NCBI GenBank assembly: GCA_009914755.4
Contig: CP086569.2
Coordinates: forward strand, 3,040,001 to 3,104,000
Length of the DNA: 64,000 nucleotides
Source of the DNA: the human T2T-CHM13v2.0 reference genome, Homo sapiens
Reading direction: 5' to 3'
Of this stretch, positions 54,272-64,000 are shown in pieces (the first letter of the stretch is position 1; the number at the start of each line of letters is the position of its first letter). The notes under the pieces were generated by a model. The model was given only the letters and a program-made list of their open reading frames with translations. It searched no databases and was not told the DNA's origin. The position numbers and the translations under genes were made by a program.

Positions 54272-54655
54272 TGATGTGGTTTGGCTCTGTGTTACCACTC
54301 AAATCTCATGTTGAATTGTAATCCCCATGTGTCAGGGGAGGAACCTGATGGGAGGTGATTGCATCATGGGGGCAGATTTCTTTTATGCTCTTCTTGTGAC
54401 AATGAGTGAGTTCTCAAGAGAACTGATGGTTTAAAAGTGTGACACTTCCCCCCTTGCTCTCTCTCTGTCTGCTGCTCCACCATGGTAAGACATGCTTGCT
54501 ACCCCTTTGTCTTCTGCCATGATTGTAAGTTTCCTGAGGCCTCCCAGTCATACTTCCTGTTAAGCCTGTAGAACTGTGAGTCAATTAAACCTCTTTTCTT
54601 CATAAATTACCCAGTCTTGGGTAGTTTATAGCAGTGTGAGAACAGTGGAATACAG
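54272..54655 (+). mobile_element. MaLR solo LTR (THE1/MST-like)
   Basis: tgatgtggtttggctctgtgttaccactcaaatctcatgttgaattgtaatccccatgtgtcaggggaggaacctgatgggaggtgattgcatcatgggggcagatttc ... cttcataaattacccagtcttgggtagtttatagcagtgtgagaac matches the THE1/MST consensus pattern from start to end. Confidence 0.8.
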
Positions 54656-55423
54656 ATTGTGTAGGTCAAGTTGGAATTAATTTATATTTTAACAATAAGG
54701 CATCTTCCAAATTAGGAAAATGGAATATCTATCTATTTAGTTATTTTATTTTTTTATCCGTGTTTTTTAGTTTTCTGTATATAGGCTCTGTACATATTTT
54801 GTTTGATTTATACTTAAGTATTTCTTATTCAGGATGCCATTATAAGTGGTATTATTTTATTTAAATTGAAAATTTGAATTGTTAATGGCTGGAATATATA
54901 TAAGCAATTGACTTTCATATATTAATCTTGTATCTTGAGACATTGCTATACTTACTTCAAGGAGTTCTTTGGTTGATTCTTTAAAAATGGCATCTGCAAA
55001 TACAGATGGTTTTATATCTCTCTTTCCAATTGTAATATGTTTTATTTCCTTTTTTGTCTTATTGCACTAATTATAAATTCTGGTACATTATGAATAGGAG
55101 TGGAAAGAGAGGATATTCTTACCTTGTTCCAGATTTTAGAGGATACATGTCCAGTTTCTTACTATTAAGCATGATGTCAGCTACAGATTTTTTAGATGTT
55201 CTTTATCAAGTTGATGACATTCCCTTTTATTTCTAGTTTACTGAGGTTTTGGTCATAGATATGTATTGGATTTTGTCGAATGATTTTTCCGCATCATTTG
55301 ATATAATTATATATTTTTTCTTTTTTAATCTATGAATGTGGTGGATTATATTAATTGATGCTTGCGTGTTGAAAACAGTCAGTATATGAGATTCATAAGT
55401 GAATTTTTGGGTCGTGTATTGGT

Positions 55424-55840
55424 ATGAGCTGAATTATGCCGCCCCCCCACCCCAATTAATATGTTGGTACTCTAATCCCCAAAAACCTCAAAATAAGACT
55501 TTACTTAGTGATAGAGCCTTTAAATTGGTAAATAAGTTAAAATCATTTTTATTACAGTGAGACCTAATTTAATATAATGGATGTCCTCTTAAAAAGACAA
55601 GAACAGAACACAGAAAGATACACCAGACACATACATACATAAGAACATAATCATATGAACCCACAGCAAGAAGGCGGCCATATTCAAGCCACGGAGAGAG
55701 GCCTCAGAAGGAATCAAACTTGCTAACACCTTGATCCCAGACTTCTGGACTTCATTACTGTTAGAAAATTAATTTGTTATTTAAGCCATAGTCTTACCCA
55801 ATCTGTGGTGTTTTGTTATGAGAGTCCCAACAAATTAATA
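55424..55840 (+). mobile_element. MaLR solo LTR (MLT1-like)
   Basis: ...gccgcccccccaccccaattaatatgttggtactctaatcccc ... cacagcaagaaggcggccatattcaagccacggagagaggcctcagaaggaatcaaacttgctaacaccttgatcccagacttctggacttc ... atttaagccatagtcttacccaatctgtggtgttttgttatgagagtcc parallels the MLT1 consensus (gcgagaaggcggccgtctgcaagccaggaagagagccctcaccag ... cttgatcttggacttcccagcctccagaactgtgag ... tttaagccacccagtctatggtattttgttatagcagccc). Confidence 0.65.
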
Positions 55841-56199
55841 GTGGTATGTATTCTGGTGGTTGTTCTTTGGCTTCCTGATTCAGTAGTTATGTGTTTGTTA
55901 TTAAATTAGAAAAGTTCTCCAGTCATTTTTATTTCAAATACTTCTTCTGATCTTTTCTCTTTCAGATATTCCAATTACATTTTGTAATTTTACCATGATT
56001 CTTGGATGTTCTTTTTTGGTTTGGCTTGATTTTACTTTGCTTTTATTTATTTTACTTTTTTTCCATTTTAGTTTGATAACTAAAGTTTATCTTTACCTGT
56101 CATCAAACTCACTGGTTCTTTACTCACTCATGTCAAGTCTACTGAGTAATATGGGGTCACAGGCTCTGCTTCCTGCACTCAGTTACAGTACTACCCAGC

Positions 56200-59100
56200 T
56201 GCCTGAGTTCCAGCTATAGTAGGCCCCAGTACAGCAATGTCCTATGCCCAGGAAAGCTGTAAGAGCACAGAAGCCTCTACCTAGATATGAAAGAATGTCC
56301 CGGAGAGCTGAGCTGCAGGGAACCAGGCAGAAAAGCATAACGTGGAGTGGGATCACCAGCAGAGATCCTTCACTGGACAATGACCATCTGAGACTTGTAG
56401 CAGGACCTCCCCTCACAAACCACAGACTTTTAGGGTCATAGCTGTATGATCTGTGGTGTGGGCTTTTCCAAAAAAAGCTATGGGGATGAGGCTGCTTAAA
56501 GCCTTGGGGGCCTAACTTTTCTAGGGAAAAGATGCAGGGGCATCACCTTTTCCTGAATGTGTCCTGAAGGCAGGGCCTTCTCCTGAGTGACATCGAGACA
56601 AAGAAAATTGCTCTGGAAACTTTACAGGTAATAGTGTTTGCCTTGTTGGGTTTTAGACTTGCTTGGGACCTGTCACGCTTTTTTACTTATTTGTTCCTAT
56701 TGGAATAGAAATGTCTGTCTTGTGCCTGTCCCATCATTATATTTTGGATGCAGATAATATGTTTAATTTTACAGACTCACAGTTGGAAGGAAATATCTGA
56801 TTTAGATACTACTTAGCTAAGATATTGGACTTCAGACTTTTGAGTTTATGCCTGACTGATAAAATACTAGGCAAAAATCAGTTAAGATAAAGATGACCTC
56901 AATAGCACTTTCAACTACCCCGACCTATTTCAGATTTATAGGACACTTTCTAATAATAGCAGAATATATATTTTTCTCAAAGCAACGATCACCAAGCAGT
57001 ACACATTCAGTACCATTAAAACAATTTAGCTAATTTTAAATAATATAAATAATACACAGCATGCCCTAGACAACAACAGAATTAAACTAAAAGTCAATAT
57101 TATAAATATAATTGGAAAATCCAAAAATATTTCTGAATAATTTAGAACACTTCTAAATAGTATATGAGTCAATAAGGAAGTCCCAAAAACAATACAAAAA
57201 GATTTTGAACTGAAATGAACTGAAAATACAACATAGTATTTTTTTGATGCCCCTAAAGCAGTGTTTAGAGGGATATTTCTAGGAATACATGTTTATGGTA
57301 GAAGTTAAGAACTAAATGAAACTAGTAACAAGCTTTCATCTTTAAAATAAATAACAAATTAAAACAAAAGCAGAATCAAGTAAATAATAATTTTAAAGGT
57401 ATAAAATAGAAATCAATGAAATTAAAACAAAAAACGCAGGTGTCATATATCAAACAAACAAAAAACCTGGCTGTCTGTAAATATCATTAAAATTAGCCAA
57501 ATCCAAACTATACTAAGAAATAATTGACAACATTAACATTACCAATATTAGAAAATAATGAGAAAACATGGTGCTTGGCCTCACCAACACTGAAAAAATA
57601 CAACTTTCAAATAACTTTATGCCCATACATTTGACAACATAGGGGACATAGAGTAGTTCCAAGATATACGCTACCTATCAAAACTCGTTTTAAGAATAGA
57701 AACTCTAAATAACCCCATATCTTTTAAATAATTAGAGCTTGTATGTAACACCTTGAAACAAAGAAGAAAGAAAACAGTAATCTCCAGATCCTGAAGGTTT
57801 CACTAGTTGATATTGCCAAATACTTAAGGAAGCATTAAATACCACGTCTTTTTCAGAAACTAGCAGAGTAAGAAATATTTTCCAACTCATTATGAGCCCA
57901 GCATTACACTGATAATTAAACCACAAACAATACAATATTATGATAAAGAAGACTATAGACAAATATACTCATGAACATAGGAGAATCTCAACAAAATACT
58001 AGCAAATTGAATGCAGCAATATATAAAATGTCTAATACATAATTACACAGTAGGATCCAGCCAAATGATAATACTTTCTGTATTTTAAAAATCAGCCTCT
58101 ATTAATAGTCTAAAGAAGAAAAAAGTTGTATGGCCACATCAATAAATGCAGGGAAAGCAGTACACAAAATTGAATATCCAACCATGATCTAAATTCTCAA
58201 TAGTTTAAGGAAGAAGGGAACTTAAACCTAAAAAAGATTACCTGCAGAAAGCCAATAGTTAGCTATTGTTATCTAGTAGCCAATATCTGGTTATTGTTTG
58301 TTGATGGTTAGCCAATAGTTAGCTATATATCACAATTACTGGTGCGAGACTGAATGCTTTTCCCTTAAAATTGAAAGCAACTCAATTACAGATCTCAAGT
58401 CTAAATACCCCTATTTAGAATAATATTTTAAGTTATAGCTAGTGCAACAAGAAAAGGACATAAAAGACATACTGTTCAGAAAAGAAGGAAAACAAAAACT
58501 CTCTATTCACCAACAGCATAATTGCTATAGAGAGTCATTTTTTATAAACTACAAAAACCACTCTTAGAACTAAGAAGTCATTGTGGAAAATTTGCAGGAT
58601 ACAAGGTCAGTATACAAAAGTCAGTCATATTGCTATATAATGACAGTAAACAATTGGAATTGGAATTTTAAATATCTTAAAAAAGTTGGAACTCCATTTT
58701 ATTTCACATGCAAAAATTAACTCAAAATGGATCAAATCCTCAAATGTAAGAGCTAAACTATAAAACCCTTAGATCAAATACATGTAAAATGTGATGACAT
58801 TGGGTTAGGCAATGACACCAAAAGCACCTAAACAATAACAAAAAAGATGAACTTCATAAAATTAAAAGATTTGTACTGCAAAAGATACTGTCAGGAAATA
58901 AAAAGACAACCCAGAGGATAGAAAAAATATTTAAAGTTATATTTCTCATAAAGGACATATGTTTAAAATACATAAACACCTCCAATTCAATAATAAAAAG
59001 CAGGTAGCACAGTTAAAAATGGTTAAAGAATCTGATTGCACATTTCATCAAATAGGATTCAAAAATGGCCAATAAGCACATGAAAAGATGTTTCACGTTA

Positions 59101-59750
59101 TTGGCCACCATACAAATGCAAATCAAAACCACAATGAGATAGCACTTCATGCCCACTAGGATGATTACAATAAAAAAGATAGTTAATAAAAGTGTTAGTG
59201 TGGATGTGGAAAAACTGAAACCATCATATATTTCTGGTGAAAAACTGCTTGGCAAATTCTCAGAGAGTTAAGCATGGCATTTGCATATGACCCAGCAATG
59301 GTACTCCCAGACAAATACCAAAGTGAAATGAAAATATATGTCCATGCAAAAATTTCTATGCAAGTGTTTGTAGAAGCATTAATCATAATTGCCAAAGAGT
59401 GGGCACAACTCATTATACATCAACTGAAACATGTTTAAACAAAATGTGATATATTCATATAATGAAATATTATTCAGCCATAGGAAGAAATGAAGGTGGA
59501 AAATGAACAACAAATGTGTGCACAATATTTTGTTTCACATAATTCTTTTAGAAATATTGAAAGTATATATGACAGACTATAGCCACTTATTATAGCCCAT
59601 TCATAGGAACATGCTATTTTATTCTCTGTAATTTTAGTAGATTTGGAATGCATTTTAAGCATTTTTAAAGATATTATTATCTTGTCAATTTTTTAGAAAT
59701 AAACTATTAGCTTGAGGAAAACATTAGTATTTATTTATTTATTTTCTTGC
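56200..59750 (+). mobile_element. old L1 (L1M-like) element, ORF2 through 3'UTR, plus orientation
   Basis: 3' region ...tggccaataagcacatgaaaagatgtttcacgttattggccaccatacaaatgcaaatcaaaaccacaatgagatagcacttcatgcccactaggatg encodes MANKHMKRCF.LLATIQMQIKTTMR.HFMPTRM (the L1 ORF2 C-terminal block). 58540-58700 and 58760-58960 carry L1 ORF2 blocks. The 5' limit is uncertain. Confidence 0.55.
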
Positions 59751-62700
59751 CAAGGACCTTGCATTCTTTTAAAAACATATTTGTAGCTGTTAATAAAAGA
59801 AATTAATTTGAAATTTAGCTGACCAAAAATATGCCAGTGCCTTTTGAATATTATTTAAATATATATAAATTAAGGAATTTTTACAAATACATTTTTCAAA
59901 ATTTTTATTTTAACTTTCTAAACAGAACTCACTCTCAAAGCTTATGACTAAAATTCAAATGCAGTTTTAATCATTTTGATCATTATTCTGTGGCAAATAT
60001 TATAATTTATTCTGTTTTAAGAATTTATAATATTATCTTTAAATTAAATCTAGCACTGCCTTTACAAATGTTATACACAACACTTAAACTTCCTAGATAG
60101 TGGTTCTGGCATATAACCACCTAGACAAATGTTTGGGTCCTTATTTTCTGTAAGTTACTCAGAATATAGATGCATATTTTATCCCCCTAGAATTAATTTA
60201 TCCAAATTAATCCTTTCCAAATGTATGACTCTTCTTATTTTTGGCTTCCGTAATTTCAATTAATTATTTCCAGAGTTACCTTCAAATACTAGCTGAAACT
60301 ATAGCAAGTGCATATGTTCTCTGATTTGTCTTTCTGTGTTGGCTGCAATTAACCTGGTTAATGTCAAATACTAAAACTGTTTATAATCAATTTCAAGAAC
60401 AAAACACAATATTTAGCATCAATTTTAAGAGCAAAATTAATAATATTAGTAAAAATACTATCACGAAAGTTTGCATATATTGCATTAATGCACAAATGTG
60501 AGTGCTCACCAGGTGCCAGACATTATGCTGTATATGCTGATGCTCATCTAATTTAAATTACAGTTATAATTATCCTGTTGTATCGATGTTGTTTTTTCTC
60601 ACTTTAAAGTTGAGGAAGTGAGGTCTTATTTTAAGCCTTACTTAGAACGGATTGACTTAGGAATTTTTGAGTTTACAATGGTGGGAAAGCAATACACATT
60701 CAATAGAAACTATACTTTGAATTTTGATCTTTTCCCAGTCTAGCAATATGCAGCATCATACTCTATTGTGATACTGGGCAGGGGCTGAGAGCCACAGTTC
60801 CCAGATAGCCATGTGATCATCAGGTTAAATAACCGCTACAGTATACTCTGTTGCCAGTGGTTTTGGGATATTGTGTTTTGTGTTTTTGCATCCCATCATG
60901 TGTACAAAATGTCCATCTGTGTCTCATGCTTTTCCTGGTGAGAAGAAGAAGAAGGCAATTACTCTTGAGGTGAAACAATGTAATTGCTCAGCACAAAGTG
61001 GGCAAGCCAGTAATGGCCATTGCACATGAGTTAGGACTTCCACAATCCACAATCCTGATTATCTTATCTTGTAAGTCAATGCCTTTTGACTTAAAATATT
61101 TTAATTTAGGATGGGTTTATTGGAATGTAATCCCATCATAATTCGAAAAACCTCTGTAGTTGAAAACATTACAATTTAATCTTAGATATGTCTAATTTAG
61201 AGCTAGATCGCTTTACCACAAGAATGTGTTCACATTAATGGAAATATTTTCCTTTGATTTTTAATTTTGTTAAAAATAAATAAATCAAAAGTTATTTCTG
61301 TACATATCAAGAACTTTCCATGTCTATGTGCCTTGATTAGTTTGACCACTTGCTCAAGAAAATAGCATATATGTCAGTTAAATAATACCTCCCACAAAAT
61401 TTCATTTCTTTAAAAAATATATAGAATCTCTTTGGATTGGTTGAGATTGCAAAAACATTTTGAGAAAGTTCCATATTTTCTAAGTCATTTATAATAGTGT
61501 CCTGCAATTTTGTTTTCTGCCACAAATTGATCAGGGCCACACTGTACAAACTCAAGTAACAGTTACCACTCAAAAAAATAAATCCACATTGGCAGGTGAT
61601 TTTGTTTTGTCTTTTTAACAATTGTAATAGAAATTTTATCAATAGGTTTTAAAAATTACCTCCCTTAAATGCTAAATGTTCAAAAATATCAGTGTTCCAC
61701 ATGCTGATTTATGCTAGCAAAAATATTGCTGTCCATCTTGATTAACTAGTTTAGAACTGCATTTTGGAAAACATTAGTCACTAGCTACATGTGGCTATTG
61801 AGAACTTGCAAGGTTGGTAATCCAAATAAGGATGTGCTGTAATTGTAAAATACCAGATTTTAACAATTTAGGATGTAAAAACTTAAAATTTCTTACTAAT
61901 ATTTTCATAATTATTACTTACTAAATGATAATATCATAAACATATTGGGTTAACAAAAACATATTAATACAATTTTTACTTTTCTCCTTTACATAGTTAA
62001 ATGTAACTACTAGAAAATCTAAAACTGTCATATTTCCATTGGACAGCATTTGTTTGAGTGTTGAAATTATTGAATAATCTCATATTATGATTCTGAAATA
62101 TAGATGTACTTTTTCTTACCTTCTATTTCTTGAATCGTAGATGTAAAAAAATTTTTATGCTTAAAATTTGAATATGTGGTTTTTAGTTATTGATTAATCT
62201 ATATGGGTCAAGAAAAGCTGAAGGCATTTTGGTTTAAAATATAAACTTTTGACAATTTGGTGATTGCTTGTAATTGGTCTACCTCAATGTGTTTGTATGC
62301 ATATGTACACAATGCACAGCTTAACTGTTCAATTTAGTCAGTTTTTAATATAATACTTAGTTTCATTAAGAAGGAAGTATTTCAAGTTGCTCATTGCTGT
62401 TCAGAAATGTTAGTCTATCACTAATATAAATATTTTACACATATGGACTACAACACTTTAGATAAACATTCATTACAAATTAATTGAAATGATTTTGGGT
62501 GTTTTACTATTAGTCATTGATAGAATAAAATAAACAATGTATTTCTCAAAAACAATCTGAGTACTATCTGGAAGTAGTGACAGTCATACATTTAGTGGTT
62601 TCAATTTCCTTTCAAAATTATTCAGAAAAAATCACTTATACAATTGCCTAAAAAAAACTAAAATTAAAAAAGGAAAAGAAAATATTGGGAAGATCTGTCT

Positions 62701-64000
62701 ATATTAATTCTGTGACTCTCAAATTTTATGAAGCCATAGAATAGATTCATTTGAAAAGCATATTTTTGAGCTGCTTTTAGACTTTAAGTAAGAATATCTC
62801 AATATTAATATATGGGATGCATTGAAAATTTCAGAAAAATTACAATGAATAAGTGAGATGGAAGTCAATGATGGCTTTAAATACATAAGAAATACAATTG
62901 CAACAGATTACTTTAGAAAATATTTTATTTCAGCCTAAACACTTATATGAAAACCCTACAAAACAGACCAAAAAGGGGAAGCTACCTATATTACTGAGAC
63001 AAATATCATGTATGTTTTTATATGTGCTCTGAAGAGGATCCTTATTGCCTGTCACTGCTTGACTGAGGCTGCTGAAAATCAAATACAAAACCTCATCCTT
63101 TGAGTGTGTGAATTACAATACAGGTTGAACTCAAAGCCTCACAGCATGTCTACTGTTAAAGTAAAGTGAGGGCTTAGATTAGGAAAGAATGGGACATTGA
63201 ATGTTAGAATGGTGGAGTGTGAAAAGACCCTGATAAAGCTGGGGAGATGAGGCCCTCAATTTTGATGAGTCTTCTTTGCCAGTGGAAGAGACTTTCTGAC
63301 ACCATTGGAAGCAGCCACCTCAGCCTCAGTAGTAGTGGCTTCCTCACCCCAAGTGGTAGTGGCCTTTACACCCCTTTCTAAGGGATTTAATCCTGCATTG
63401 CCTGAGGAAATTATAATGGACTCTCTGTAATCAGTGCCGTGTAACACAATGTTGATTCTTCTCAGAACTCATTCCACCACCCTTACCTGCTTCTAGATTT
63501 ATAACCAGACTCCAGTCCCGGCAGGCCCCAAAAAGTGAGACACAAAGTGTGACCTTGGAGGAAGTACACTACATTTCAGAAAACTTACTTGAATTTTCCA
63601 ATTTATATAGACATAAATACAAGGAATATGTGTGGAAATGGATATTAAAGGTGTGGGATAATGGAGGAAGAAATATAAAGTTTGAACAGACTAAATTTAT
63701 TGATATGGGCTCATTAAGTAGAGATTCCACATTTAATGCTGTGAATCAGAGAGTTATAAAGTACTTTCACAGTTTATTTGGTTGGTTGACTGAAGCATGA
63801 ACCAAAAGATAGCCTACAGTGAGTGAACTGGAAATTCCCAACCTGCCTAAGTTAAATATAGATAAAGTGGTTGAAAAGCTTAGGCATATTGCAGAGTAGG
63901 CCTTTATTCATAAAATTAAGACTTAGTTAACATGACCGAGAGTTTCCAGTAGACACATCTCTCACCACTACTGTAAGAAATAGATTTGTGAGAGTAGGCT

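Larger units (their letters stand above)
53930..56150 (-). mobile_element. old L1 (L1M-like) ORF2 / 3' region fragments, reverse orientation, interrupted by two MaLR LTRs
   Basis: ccattgaattgcctttggtttttatcaaagatcaattgactatgtttttgtgggtctgtatatggg and cttcaaggagttctttggttgattctttaaaaatggcatctgcaaatacagatggttttatatctctctttccaattgtaatatgttttatttcc are recognisable L1M ORF2-region blocks in reverse complement. Confidence 0.55.

Overview
This window is primate (almost certainly human) nuclear DNA, not a prokaryotic locus. It is AT-rich, carries no recognisable protein-coding exons, CpG island, CRISPR array or operon-like structure, and is dominated by interspersed repeats. I found no convincing novel biological system; the window reads as a repeat-rich, gene-poor intergenic or intronic region.

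Main content:
- Alu elements: at least 13 Alu insertions or fragments on both strands. Several have intact target-site duplications (TSDs) and clean poly-A tails.
- L1: multiple L1 fragments of different ages, several kb in total. The six-frame ORFs at 17276-17503, 19453-19737, 21353-21589, 33264-34590 and 34970-35335 are decayed L1 ORF2 reverse transcriptase / endonuclease pieces, not genes.
- MaLR: two MaLR-type solo LTRs.
- Simple repeats: several microsatellites and short tandem duplications.

The most structured element is a ~6.7 kb class-I (gamma-like) endogenous retrovirus remnant on the minus strand at 41336-48075:
- It is flanked by two diverged LTRs.
- The gag capsid ORF translation closely matches HERV-W / HERV-9-type gag as I recall it.
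- The protease has a mutated catalytic motif (DTGA to NTRA).
- pol and env are essentially missing.
- One LTR carries ~600 extra bp that looks like a nested solo LTR in the opposite orientation.

Other observations worth a second look:
- a decayed tRNA-Glu-like pseudogene at 4928-4999;
- a pair of ~590 bp LTR-like homologous copies 8.7 kb apart;
- an L1 with an inverted 5' segment (twin-priming signature);
- a perfect 54 bp tandem duplication;
- a candidate solo LTR at ~52773-53330.

All coordinates are hand-estimated from the printed sequence and may be off by a few bases. Family names are pattern recognition from memory, not database hits.
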